Below, one piece after another: positions 13,348 through 26,400 of a stretch of 64,000 nucleotides of DNA. The notes beneath the pieces were generated by a model. It was not told the DNA's origin and made no database searches. It worked only from the letters and a program-made list of their open reading frames with translations. Source of the stretch: Azolla caroliniana (lineage: Eukaryota; Plantae; Polypodiophyta); contig JBHGNT010000012.1 in assembly GCA_043228905.1 (NCBI GenBank), positions 3,968,001-4,032,000 on the forward strand, in the 5' to 3' direction. How positions within the stretch are numbered: the stretch's first letter is position 1; each line of letters opens with the position of its first letter. The position numbers and the translations under genes were made by a program.

Positions 13348-14237
13348 TGTCGTGAAGTTGTTGCTTCACGATGTCAAAACAATGTCAAAATTATGTAGAA
13401 GTACATTTCCCATCTAGAGCTTATAATGAGGAACATGTAGGAATTTTCGGTTCGTGAATCGGATTTCAAGAGCCCAAGATACAAGCTTCAGAAGGATTAA
13501 TGCAACTTGGGACACAAATGTAATTATGTAAAAAGGGGGATTCGAAATTAAATAAGGGCCAATTTTATAATTTCTCAAATGTACAACTACAAAATCGAAT
13601 TTGTAGAATTTATAAATAAATAATATAAAAATAAAAATAATAAAAATAAACACCGCTTGCATGAGGCGGTCTGTCAACTGCCTCAAGAGGGTGGTAGGGC
13701 GGTTGACCACCCTATAAAAGCCACACCCATGGTGGTTGAAGATGGCAGCGGGAAAAAGGAAGAGGAGAAGAAGAAGGGAGAGAAGGAAGGAAGCTCGCAA
13801 GAAGAAGGGATACAAGACAAAAAGTAAAGAAAAGAAAAGGAAAAGAAGAAAACCAAGAAGTTGATGTGGTGTATCTCAAACACCTCTTTGCAAAGAAAAG
13901 GTAGTGAGCTTGAATCCTATCAAAACAACTTCTTTTGGTAAACAAATTTTGTAATATAAATTTGGTATATATAAGGAGAAAGAGACTTATCTAGAATCCA
14001 ATAAGTTGAAGTGGTTTATCTGAAACGCTAATTTAAAATAGAGGCCATGAGTTCAAGTCTTGCCAAGTCACTTTTGGCAAATAAATATTGTAAGTGGTGT
14101 TTTACAAATAAATTTCTTTTCGTGACAACGTCCCATCTATCTTGCTTTCTCGGCTTCTTGTCATCGCACCATCCACACGATCATCCCCGAGTCACAGAAC
14201 CCCGTGGTTGCAACACACAATCACAATCTTTATGACA
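13348..14237 (+). mobile_element. Internally deleted solo LTR (TGTCG..GACA type) holding a nested LTR
   Basis: TGTCGTGAAG...TATGACA with perfect 4-bp TSD TCGT; removing it restores the host Copia frame DPRWVEAM; U5-like motif AGAACCCCGTGG. Confidence 0.8.
13372..14127 (+). mobile_element. Nested solo LTR
   Basis: TGTCA...CGTGACA with flanks ACGA/ACGT; TATAAAA at ~13713. An alternative start at 13383 is possible. Confidence 0.65.
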
Positions 14238-15996
14238 TCGTGGATCCTTGGATGCTTTATACAAACTTTTTAGTTCTCGAAATGTTGCTACCTTCATCAT
14301 AAAGGCATAGTGGTATGCCATATAATCCTTGTAGCCGAATCCGCTAACAGGGTTCTTCTCAGGGGTGAAGCGATGGAGTCTTTCGTTTGTCGTGGAAATG
14401 ACTTTCTTTACACCAGGTATCCTCATGATAGGTACATCGAAGCCACCGAACTCACTGTCGACGGAGTGAGTCGATTTGTTGCCGTCGAATTGATTGTCTT
14501 CATATTCCAGCATTTTCGCCTTGCCTTTGTCCATCTCCGGACTAGGCCGAGATGTGCTTTGGTCACTCAGGGGGTCTTGTGGCCCACCAAGCCTTGTCGT
14601 AATTGGGCTTTCTTCGAACATGTGTTCGAGTCGACCTCCAACTTCTATCTCTTGTTCTGTCGATTCCGGGTCGACTGGGGTTGGAGTCAGAATCGTCTCT
14701 GGTTTGTACTAGGATGCCGATTCGTCGAAAACGACGTCCCGACTCACTCGAACCTTCCGAGTAGAGGGGTTGAAGCATTTGTACACCTTTTTCCCTAATG
14801 AGTATCCTAAGAGGATACATTTCTCTGACTTGGGATCTAGCTTTTGTCGCTTCTCGTCGGGGATGTGCACGTATGCAAGTGAGCCGAATATCCTAACATG
14901 GGACAGATCTGGCTTCGTTCCATAGTACTTTTCATGCGAGGTAACCTCGTGCACACCGGATGTTGTGCACTAGTTCATGAGGTAGACATCAATATTTGCT
15001 GCTTCGGCCCAATATGACTTTGGCATATTCTTTTCGTTCATCATGGCCCGTGCTACTTCGAGGATGTGTCTATTTTTGTGTTTGGTTACTCCGTTTTGTT
15101 GCGGTGTATGTCGAGTCCACGAAAACTCTCGTTGAATTCCTTTAAAGAGAAACGATGAAAATTCGTCGGAGAAGTACTCCTTTCCTCCGTCCGACAGAAG
15201 ACATCGTACATGTCGACCTGTTTCCTTTTCGACTCCACTCTTGAATTTTTGGAAGTGTGAGAACACCTCACTCTTCTATCGCATGGGGAAGATCCATGTA
15301 TGCCTGGAGAAGTCATCGATAAAGGTGACATAGTATTGGCATCATTCGAATGTTGTCGTCTAAGATAGTCCCCATACATTAGAATGAATTACGTCGAGTA
15401 CGCCTTTGCTCACATTCCTCCCTTTCGGGAATGGGTGTCAGTGTTGCTTGCTGAATTGACAAGCTGCACATACGCCTTCAATTTCCTTCTCTTTGAAGGT
15501 CGGGAGCCCAATGACGACTCCTTTCGATTGCATTGCCTTGAGTTTATTGAGATTGACGTGGCCAATCTTCGTGTGCACAACTCTATGTTTGTGTCGGCTT
15601 TGATGCCATTTGCAAACATGGCTGATTTCATATCGTGGGAATTGAGAATGAACATTCGACCTTCCATTTGACCACGAGTGATGAGTCGACCCTCTTTTTC
15701 GATGAAGCAACTGCCTTGGTTAAATCGAACTTGCATGCCTTTCTCCACAATTTGGCCGACTGAGACCAAATTCTTCGTGATGGTTACCTTCCTTGGCAAG
15801 ACATTCTTAATGTAAGTTTGGTTACCTTCCTTGCTGAATGGAACATTGCCGATGTGCCGAATCGGATGAGTAGTGTCGTCTCTGGTTTCGACATAGCCGG
15901 GTCGATCCGGCTCTTGAAGTTCTCGGAACCATTCTTGATGTGACGTCATATGGTTTGAGGCACCGGAGTCGACGAACCATACATCTTCCGGACCGG

Positions 15997-16855
15997 TGTC
16001 GCGATGTTTTCAACACATAGTGTGAAACCACCATCAAAAGAGAATAAAGTAGTAGTTCAAATAAACTAATATTGTGAACTCAACTTTTGTAATAAATGAT
16101 GAAAAGATAAAAAGTTAGAAGCGGTTTTTCAAAAGTAGAAAAAAGTAGTAAAAAAAGAAGAACGCAAGGCGTGGAATTGAGGAGCAAGGTAAAGAAAAAA
16201 GCTCGTAATTTCCTCGTCCGATGTCCAAATTATAAAAGGAAAAATGCATAAGAAAGCTAACATCAAGAAATTTCCAAAAATATCTTGTATGTCTAATTTG
16301 GGCTTAAAAAAGAGAAGTAGTGATAGAAATAAAATGCGACTCATATAAACAAAGCTTTTTTTAGGAGAAAAAAAAAGCAAGCCATAGAAACCTATAAATA
16401 AGAACTATTCTTAAGAAGGGGAGATGTATGGGGATTTGAAGAGGAAAATAATTACGTTTCCTCTCTCATACTCTTATACCCTAAAAGGGAATTAGATTGA
16501 TCAATTGAGTAATAAAAAACTTTTTATGTTTCCTCTCTTATACTCTCATACTTTAACAAGTTTGTTTATGTATAAGTATAATTAAGTGTTATTCATACTT
16601 TCTTACTCTAAGTGTTCTTACTCATAAGCATAATTAAGTATAATTCGATCTCACATAATCTCTTACTCGAAGATTTTCTTGTGCATAACTATAACTAAGT
16701 AGTAATCAATCTCTCATACTATCTTACTCTTATTCGAGGGAAATATCTCGTTTTAAAACTTAAAGTGCATAAATCATTTAGCCCTAAATCCTTCCGGTCC
16801 AGAACCCCGGTGATTCCACCTCACGATCTGCACTAGCTGGTGGATTTTCACAACA
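15997..16855 (+). mobile_element. Solo LTR inserted in Copia-2
   Basis: TGTCGCGA...CACAACA, 4-bp TSD CCGG/CTGG, U5-like motif CCAGAACCCCGGTG near the 3' end; host coding sequence resumes on both sides. Confidence 0.82.
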
Positions 16856-18489
16856 CTGGAGGCAGTAGTTGGAGTAGAAGCCGACATAGAATTTGCTCTA
16901 TGTCTCATCACGGACATTCCGCCATGGTCATCATAGTTGGAATTGGTGGCATAATTGGTTAGTTGTTGGCTGGTGGAGGCCGACTTGCGCATCTTCTTTC
17001 GGCACTCTTCTTCGTGGTGGTCGATTTTGTCGCAGTATCCACGTTCGATCAAGTTTTGTCGGCTTGGAACGGCATGGTGGCTCCCCCTTCTTCCGAAGGT
17101 TCCTCGATGGCTTCCATCTTGTTGCTGAAATTGGGAGTTGTTTTTGTGAGTCGGACCTCGTCCGCCTCGTCCTTGGCTGAATCGACCTCTTCTTACTCGG
17201 GCGCGTCCTCCTCCTCCATCCGAATTTGACCTTCTGAGGTGTTGCTCTTGGTTCGAACATGGTTTTCTTTAACCTATAACATTGATTGAAGATCGAAGAA
17301 AGAGGGAAGATTCTCCTTTGCTAGGATGGTGGTTCTCATTGCGCCGAACCGTGGTGTGAGGCTGTCGAGGCATATTCACACAATCTCATCACCATCTACG
17401 TTGACGCTTATTGAGCCGTGTAAGTCACAAAGATCCTTGATCTTCAAGGTGTAGCTCATGATGGACATGTCCCGTTGTTGGATGTTGTTCAACTCTTGGT
17501 GGAGTTGAAGCTTTCATACCGTTGTATTGGCGACAAATATCTTCTTGAGATTCTCCCAAGCTTCCTTTGGCGACTTGGCTTCTCAAATGTAGCCAAACAT
17601 GTGGTCATGAACACATATCGCCAAACAATACATCACTCGACTTGTGGCTTGCTCCCATGTTGAGTATTCAAGAGTCGTTAGGTCGGGTCAATTTTCTTGT
17701 GCTCCTTTGATGTAGCTCCAATAGCCTTGGCCGACAAGGTATTGGTGCATCTTGTACTCCCAAGATGCAAAGTTGTTCCTGTCCAACTTCTCGCTAGGGA
17801 GAGTGCTCCCCATTTGAGTATTCATTGTTGATGTAGATTTCCTTCTTCTTTTCCTTCTCTTTCAAACACGAGCTATGTAGTGGCACTATGATAGCAATGT
17901 GCCGGTTCTTCTTGAACGTCGGCGTAGAGCACAACACACACGGATGGGCTAGATCGAGCCACCAAATCGCTCTAATACCATGTTAAGAATCGGGTATGAT
18001 TCTGTGCAACGGAAGAGATGTGTGTTATGTGTGTGTATGTGTGTAAGAGAGAGAGAGGAGAGAAACACAAGTTAGATTAGCTAGAATGGAAAAATAGAAT
18101 ACTCAAGAAGAAAATGTATATTAACAAGGAATATGAGATACAAAAATGTACCATTACAAGGGAGGACAACCGACACTCTCTGAAATAGGAGTAGGGTGCT
18201 TTATATAAGGTCACTCTCTCTCTTCATTAACTCCCTACAACAACCACTCTCTCTTGGGGAATGTGGAGACTCATTAGTCATGGGGAATATTTCAAACTCA
18301 TTATTTATGTGTCATAGAATATGATTTTATGACACAGTTAATGTGTAGAGAGTAGTGGTGAGACTTTTGACCTTTGGGTGCTCATAGATTCTCAAAAGGT
18401 GTGTTCACACACAAGGCTAGGTTGAGCTTGATTTTCAACACTCACATTAAGGTAACCTAGAGCATTTAACAAGTTAAATGTGGCATAAA

Positions 18490-18830
18490 AGAAAAACCTA
18501 AATACAAAGCTTGGCTTGTTGCGAAGGGGTTCAAACAAGAGTATGGAGTCGACTACGACGAGATATTCTCACCAGTAGTCAACATGGAAAACACGAATCC
18601 AGCACCAACAACACTTCCAATGCCAGTCCGACTATCGGACAGAGACTCTCCTTCGACGAACGAGGAGAGAGCTCAATGGAAAGATACCCTATGCATCGGC
18701 AGTATCATGTACGCAATGGTGGCGACTCGACCCGACCTTGCATATGCAGTAGGGTCAGCCGGTACATGTCAAACCCAAGAAGCATTGGGAGGCCGTCAAT
18801 CACATCTTTAGGTACCCGAGAGGGTTTAGT
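18490..18830 (+). pseudogene. Internally deleted RT fragment of a different Copia family
   Basis: YKAWLVAKGFKQEYGVDYDEIFSPVV joined to GSIMYAMVATRPDLAYAVG. Confidence 0.8.
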
Positions 18831-18943
18831 ATATAAGGAATAACCTAATGTTGTAACTAGAGGTTGGTTGATCATTCTTGTATCTTGAGACTTGTAGAGG
18901 GAGAGAACGAAATAACATAGCTTCCATTAAAGCTTAAGAGCGT

Positions 18944-19318
18944 TGTCGTGAAGAATGTGCTTCACACCCTTATATACCAAGTACAATATACATACTACAG
19001 GCTAGGCTATTTTTAGAAGTATTATAAAGAATAAAATTGAGTAAAATTAAGAAACTTGAACCCTCAACCTTGTATACCAAGCACAAGGTATACACCACTA
19101 AGCTAGGTTATTTATTTAAAAAATATATCTCCATCACTGTACTTATGTTATATCTATTTTCTTACATGAGAGCTCAAATGAGCATGATGGCTATCATGCA
19201 TCACATGTAAAGCATGTGCGCCAAACTTTCTTCTGTCATACTTTCTATGATGTTTGCTGAGCATATTTCTACAGGTTCTCATAGACACTTCCGTGCATAT
19301 CTGTTCTTCATTAAATAC
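18944..19318 (+). mobile_element. 5' part of an LTR interrupted by Copia-3, with two antisense tRNA-like units
   Basis: Start TGTCGTGAAG..GCTTCAC resembles the 13348 element; left flank GCGT; duplicated TATACCAAG.ACAA..TATACA..AC.A.GCTAGG units. Other end not found. Confidence 0.55.
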
Positions 19319-19640
19319 TTTTGAGAATCAAACTCAAAGTCTTCCTCTATTGTGTGAACACACCTTAGGAATATACAAGTGTGTGAACACACCACTACCA
19401 TGTAACAATAACTAATGTGCCATAGATGTAACTCCTATGACACATAGTTATGACTCATGAGGTAGTTAAGGTTCCCCCCTCTTTCCTGAGAGGTAGTTTT
19501 AGTAAGAGAGTGTAAAGAGAAGGTGACTATATAAGCACATTCTCCTCTCCTTTTTAATGGGTTGGTTATCATTCTTGTGAAACATAATTTTCTATTTTCT
19601 GTCTACCTTGAGTCGACTCTCACACCTCTTCTCTCCCTCC

Positions 19641-19695
<55 letters not shown>

Positions 19696-22329
19696 CTAAT
19701 TCATTTCTATTGCACACAATCAAATACTTGATTGTTTCATGGTATTAGAGCGATTTGGTAGCTTGATCTAAGCCCATCCGTGCATGTTGTGTCTATGTCG
19801 ACGTTCAAGAAGAACCGGTTGATCATTATCGTAGCACTCCTACATAGATCGTATCTAATAGAGGAGAAGAAGAAGGAGGAGGAGGAGGAAAGTAATTTCT
19901 AACGTCATGAATACTCAGATGGGCATCTCTCTTCCCAGTGAAAAGTTGGACGAAAACAACTTTGCATCTTGGGAATACAAGATGCACCAATACCTTGTCA
20001 GCCAAGGCTATTGGAGTTACATTGAAGGAGCTCAAACCCAACACACCGACTACCTAACATGGGAGCAAGCAACACGTCGTGTGTTGTATAGCTTGGCATC
20101 ATGTTTTTACGACCACATGCTTAGCTACATTCGGGAAGCCAAGACGCCGAAAGAAGTGTGGGAGAATGTCAAGAAGATTTTCACAGCCCACACAATTGCT
20201 CAAAAACTTCAACTCCAACAAGACTTGAATAACATTCAATAGAGAGATATGTCGATCACTAGCTACACCTTGAAGATCAAGGAGTTGTGCGACTCACTCG
20301 GCTCAATCAACGTGAACGTTGATGACGACGAGATGGTGCAAATATGCCTCAGTGGCCTTGCACCACGATTCGACACAGTGAGATCAGCCGTCCTCGGAAG
20401 AAAAAATCCTCCCTCCATCGACCTTTAGTCGATGTTGGTGGTCGAAGAAAATCACGTTCGAACAAGAAGTAATGTCAGAACAATTCATGACAAGACACAC
20501 CTCAAAAGGTGCTACGCTCTACTCACATTTGGACGGTAGTAGAGGACATGGTCACAGAAGAAGAGGTCGATTCGGCCAGGGACGAAGTGAACAAAATCGG
20601 TCTCATGAAAACAATTCCCACTTTCGCTAAGAAAGTGGAAACACCCGAGGAACGTTCGGCAAAATGGAGAGCTTCCATGCTAGACCAAGCGACAAAACAA
20701 CTCCCTCGAATGCGGATAATGTGATAGATTCGGCCACCATGAAGAGTAGTGCTAGAAGAAGAGGAGTGAATTGGCTTCCACAAGCTTGCAACACACAAAC
20801 TATGCCACCAACTCCGACTATGACGACTATGGCAGAATGTTCGTGACAAGACATAGAGCGAACTTTATGTCAGCCTATGGATCGACCAACACCTCTAGCC
20901 CAAAAAACGTATTGTTTGTTGACTTCGACGCCTCCAACCACATGATGTCGCATCAAGAATGGCTTTGAGACCTATGAGCACCTGATCGGCTAGGCTCTAG
21001 GGATGACATCACTCACCCAATTCCACATGTCGGCAATGTCCCATTTAGGAAAGAAGGTGATCAAACATATATTAAAAATATCTTACATGTTTCGACCATA
21101 ACAAAAAATTTGGTCTCAGTTGGCCAAATCGTGGAGCAAGGCATGCAAGTTTGTTTCAACCACGGAGGTTGATTCATTGAGAAGGATGGTCGACTCATCA
21201 CTCGCGGATGAATGTTCATTCTCGACCCAAACAAGGTGGAATCGGCCATGTTCGCAAAGGGCCATAAAACAGACATGGACATAGAGTTGTGACATATGAG
21301 AATCGGTCACATCAATCTACAAAAGCTCAAGAGCATGAAGTCGAAAGGAGTCATCATCGAACTCCCAAGTCCCGACTTTCAAAGAAAAGGAAATTGAAGG
21401 CATATGTGAAGCCTGTCAATTTGGGAAACAACATCGGCACCCGTTTCCAAAAGAGAGAAACGTACAAGTAAATGCCTCTTGGACGTAGTCCACTCAAATG
21501 TGTGGGGACTGGCACAAATGACAATATTTGGTGGATGTCGATACTATGTCATCTTCATCGACGACTACTATAGGCACACTTGGATTTATCCAATGCACCA
21601 CAAGAACGTAGTGTTTACACACTTCCAAAAGTTCAAAAATGGAGTCGAAATAGAAATGGGTCGACATGTTCGATGCCTTTGGATAGACGAAGGAAAAGAA
21701 TACTATTCTGATGTGTTTACAACCTATCTCCAACAAGTAGGAATTTGGTGAGAATTTACGTGCCGATATACACCTCAACAAAATGGAGTAGCCGAAAGGA
21801 AGAATCAACACATACTAGAGGTAGCTAGTGTCATGATATGGCAAGACTCGAACCCATGACCTTATGCTACATGGGTCGAGCTCTTACCATTAGACTATGA
21901 ATTGTATTTTGTAGGATATTATTTTCATTATGCTTTATCATAGAAAATTGATGTATATTGCAGATCTCTCTGGAACATTCTAGAAGCTTCAGGATTATTC
22001 CTAAAAACACTATAAAAGGAGGCACAAGGCATTGTTTTGAACCAAACTGGTTCAACACCAGTCTTAAGCCTCTTAGCCGATTTGTACTTATCTTTCATAT
22101 AATATAAGAGCTATTGTCATCATCCTATTTCTCTCTCTCTCCTCCTCTCACTTCCTCTCTCTTGGGAATCTTACGCAGTCCCGTCCTCTTAGTACTAATA
22201 GTACTACTCTTCTTAGTACTAATTCCATCTTTGCTTTAGTACTATTCCTGACAGTTTGAACAAATCTTTTCATCTTTCCTCCAGCTTACTTGTCGTTCTC
22301 CCTCATCCTCCTATCCTTTTCCCCCTACT

Positions 22330-23487
22330 ATGGCTATTGTTAGCACCCAAGAATATCAATCCGTTTTCTCCGAGTTACAGTGCCTAAAAGAAAAGTTTGT
22401 TGCCCTGGAACAAGAAAACCAATGGCTGATAGGGGATCTGCAACAAATTGCTCTAGAAAAGCAACAAACGCAGCAACAACATGAGGAGTTAGTGTTATGG
22501 GTGCAACAACTCGAAGCGGCATTGCAACAACAAGGATCAAGTCCCCAAGGATTTCATAAAGAGCCGAAGATTGGACTTCCTGTGAAATTTGATGGAACGC
22601 GATCGCAATTCAGGGGATTCCTTAATCAGGTACGATTAGTCCTCCAAATGCATCCTTCCCGATTCCCCACTGATGCATCCCGAGTCGGCTTAATAGGCAC
22701 GTTGCTTAGCGGCTCAGCCTTAGCATGGTTCGCTCCGCTTCTAGAAAAACAATCGCCCTTGCTTAATAACTTTGAAGATTTTATTAGTGAGTTCAAAGCC
22801 TGCTTTGGAGACACCGACAGCATCAGGACGAGGATCAACAAGATCCGGCGATTGCGTCAAGGCGATCGTCCAGCCTTTGCCTATGTGGCGGATTTCCGCC
22901 TACTCACTTCCCACATACCCTGGGATGATCAAGCACTAATGGAGCAGTTTCGCTATGGCCTGCGAAATGATGTCAAAGATCTACTTGTAACCTTCCCCGA
23001 AGAACCAAAGTCTCTTACGGAGGCAATCAGTCGAACAGTCCGATGTGACAACCGCCTCTTCGAACGACGTTCGGAACGTCAATTACAGATACCACGCGCT
23101 AGGCCGGAGCCCACTTACGCCGCAATTGCGGCTAGACCATTTGCACAAGACATTCCTCAAGCAAATACGTCGACACCGATGGAGATCGATACCATGCGTC
23201 GACGCGGCCTATTATCGGAAGAAGAAAAGCAACGACGACGTGCAAATCGATTATGTCTTTATTGCGGTGGACCAAGGCATATCGCAATCAATTGTCCCCA
23301 TAGGCCAAGAAGACAGGTAAATCAAATTGTAGCCTGTACTAAACCCGAGTCAATTCTTCCCTTAGGAGTGTCTGATAGTATTAATAGTACTAATAGAGTG
23401 TTTGATAGTATTCATAGTACTAATAGCCCAAGTATCTCAAATAAATTTGAAATCCTTAGTCAATTAGATGAAGAGTTAAACGATTGA
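22330..23487 (+). CDS. gag: Gag (coiled coil, Ty3/PEG10-like capsid, CCHC knuckle), intact 385 aa
   Basis: Uninterrupted ATG ORF with PVKFDGTRSQFRGF, LRQGDR, FRYGLRNDVKD and CLYCGGPRHIAINC. Confidence 0.92.
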   Translation: MAIVSTQEYQSVFSELQCLKEKFVALEQENQWLIGDLQQIALEKQQTQQQHEELVLWVQQLEAALQQQGSSPQGFHKEPKIGLPVKFDGTRSQFRGFLNQVRLVLQMHPSRFPTDASRVGLIGTLLSGSALAWFAPLLEKQSPLLNNFEDFISEFKACFGDTDSIRTRINKIRRLRQGDRPAFAYVADFRLLTSHIPWDDQALMEQFRYGLRNDVKDLLVTFPEEPKSLTEAISRTVRCDNRLFERRSERQLQIPRARPEPTYAAIAARPFAQDIPQANTSTPMEIDTMRRRGLLSEEEKQRRRANRLCLYCGGPRHIAINCPHRPRRQVNQIVACTKPESILPLGVSDSINSTNRVFDSIHSTNSPSISNKFEILSQLDEELND

Positions 23488-26400
23488 GTTCAGCCAAAAT
23501 AGGAGCCGTTTGGTTGGACAACAACCCTAGATCTGTACAGCCCATTAGTGGTTCCATCCCTTCCAAGCAAGTTAGCAATGTGTTCCTAGCCCAAGTCATT
23601 GTTAGTACTAAAAGTACTCCCCCAGTACCCGTCCTAGCACTTTTAGATTCCGGAGCTAATTCTTGTTTCATGGATCGAAATTTTGCCCAAGCTTCTCAGA
23701 TATCCTTAAGAAAACTTCCTTGTCCCGCATCTGTAGTAGTCATTGATGGTCGTCCCATTGCTTCCGGGAATATTGTAGAAGAATCAGAACCCATTCAAGT
23801 TGTCCTAGGTAGTTTTGTGTGTGTAATATCATTTAATATAATTAGTAGTCCAGAGCATCCCATTGTCCTAGGATTACCTTGGTTTGAATTACATAATCCA
23901 GCCATAGATTGGAGAACAAGAGAAGTCCAATATCGACCACCCCAAGAATCAACTCACCAAGTTTCGACCATTTCACTCCATCAACTACGTGAAGAAGGAC
24001 CCAAGGAGGCAATGTTCCTATTTGCAATATCAGTACATCCTTCCATCACTATTAAGAAGGACTCCTGAGTACAACTTCCAGCAAAATATCATCCTTATGC
24101 CGATGTATTTGACAAGGTAAAAGCCGGTACCCTTCCTCATCACCGTCCCTATGACTGTCCCATCGATTTACAACCAGGAACCGAGCCACCATGGGGACCA
24201 AATTACAACTTGTCACCCACCGAGTTAGAAGTCCTTCGAGCCTACATAGAGGAGAACTTGGTAAGCGGGTTCATCCCCCATTCGAAATCTTCGGCCGGTG
24301 CACCCATCTTCTTTGTCAAGAAGAAAGATGGCTCACTTTGTCTTGTCGTTGATTACCGCGGATTGAATAAAGTCACCATTCGGAATAGGTATGCACTTCC
24401 TCTTATATCAAGTCTTTTAGAGCGAGTTAATGGTGCCAAGTTTTTTACTAAAATCGACCTACGAGGAGCGTAGAATCTCGTGCGGATCCGACCGGGAGAT
24501 GAGTGGAAGACCGCCTTTCGCACGCGGTATGGGCATTTCGAGTATACTGTTATGCCGTTTGGCCTAACCAATGCACCCACAATCTTCCAACACATGGCAA
24601 ATGATATATTCAGAGACCTCTTGGATATCTGTTTGATCATTTATTTGGATGATCTGTTGATTTATTCGAAGACCCAGGAAGAGCACGATTCTCATGTACT
24701 ATCAGTACTAAAGCGACTCCGCGAGAATGGTCTTTATGCCAAGCTAGAAAAATGTAGCTTTGACTGCAAGCAAGTGGAATTTCTAGGCTACGTCATCTCC
24801 TCAAAGGGCATCGCCATGGATCCAGCTAAAATCCAAACTGTACTAGAGTGGCAAATTCCACGGTCGATACGAGATGTACAATGTTTTCTAGGTTTTGCTA
24901 ACTTCTACCGTAAGTTTATACAGGATTACTCGAAGATTATATTTTACCTCTCACACAACTTACGAAGAAGGGCCAAGCATTTCTTTGGTCCATAGAAGCA
25001 GATATGGCTTTTCGGCATCTTAAGAAAACCTTTACATCAGCACCGATTCTAGCTCATGTGGATACAAGCAAACCATTCATCATGGAGGCCGACGCATCAG
25101 ATTTCGCCCTCGGTAGCATCCTTTCTCAACAAGGCGATAAAGAAGAGTTGCATCCGGTGGCTTTCCATTCACGCAAATTCGATGTCGCAGAAATCAACTA
25201 CGAAATACATGACAAGGAGTTATTAGCAATCTAGGATTTATTTGTACAATGGCGGCATTTCTTAGAGGGCTCTCCACATCAGGTCATTGTCTTTAGCGAT
25301 CATAAAAATCTTGCTTATTTTCAGAACGCTCGCGTACTAAATCGACGGTAAGCTCGGTGGGCGCAATTCCTCACGTGTTTCGACTTCAAAATCACATATC
25401 GACCGGGGAAGCAGCAAGGAAAAGCAGATGCACTATCACGGCGTTCATATCTTGCACCTCGTCCTGGTGACGCAACATTTGATAATCAAAAGCAAGTAAT
25501 CTTGGGACCAACACGATTGCACACGACGTGGATTTTTCACACCCCGATGGATTCACGGATTACCGATGACATACGTGCAACCTTGAAGACGGATAGTTTT
25601 GCTCAAGACATCCTGGCGCACATTGATACTTCTCGGGCATCCGGTTCTCAGTCTCAACAACCAGGTATTGACTACCGACAATTCGAATATCATGATGGTT
25701 TGTTATTCTTTAAAAAGCGCGTATATGTCCCCGATTGCTCCTGTCGCCTTCAAATCGTCCAACATTGTCACGACACCCATACGGCGGGACATTTCGGTAG
25801 TACTAAGACGTTGGAGCTAGTGCAATGATCTTTTTGGTAGCCCCACATGCGCCGTTTTGTCGACGACTACGTTCGGACCTGTGATGCTTGCTGCCGAGCA
25901 AAGATGCCACGACACCATCCATATGGCTTGTTGGAACCTTTACCGATTCCAAGTAAGCCATGGCAGTCTATTTGTCTTGATTTTATCACAGATCTGCCGG
26001 TCTCGAAGGGGTTCGATGCTATCCTAACCGTCGTCGATCGATATACGAAGATGGCACATTTTGTGCCATGTACTAAAGCTATCACTAGCGAGGAAACCGC
26101 CGCTCTTGTTATGCGTGAGGTATTTCAGCATCATGGCCTCCCGGACGGTATTATCAGTGACCGAGGCCCGCAATTTGTCTCCAAATTTTGGCAGCATCTC
26201 TTCAAGATGCTCAAGGTCTCCTGCAACCTCTCCTCCGGCTACCATCCTCAGACCGACGGACAGGTGGAACGAACAAACCAAACGCTGGAGCAATATCTCT
26301 GGTGTTTCCTGAGTTATCAATAGGATGATTGGGCCGAGATTCTCCACTTTGCGGAGTTTGCGTATAATAATGCTATTCACTCCTCGACTCGGGTCTCCTC

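Larger units (their letters stand above)
13090..18440 (-). mobile_element. Ty1/Copia element 2, 3'-truncated within RT, with three LTR insertions
   Basis: 5' LTR 17981-18440 (TG..CA), tRNA-Met-type PBS TGGTATTAGAGC (17969-17980, minus), gag, protease WFVDSGASNHMT, integrase, RT start WDLIPH..KAIGCKWIYKVKY. Confidence 0.92.
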
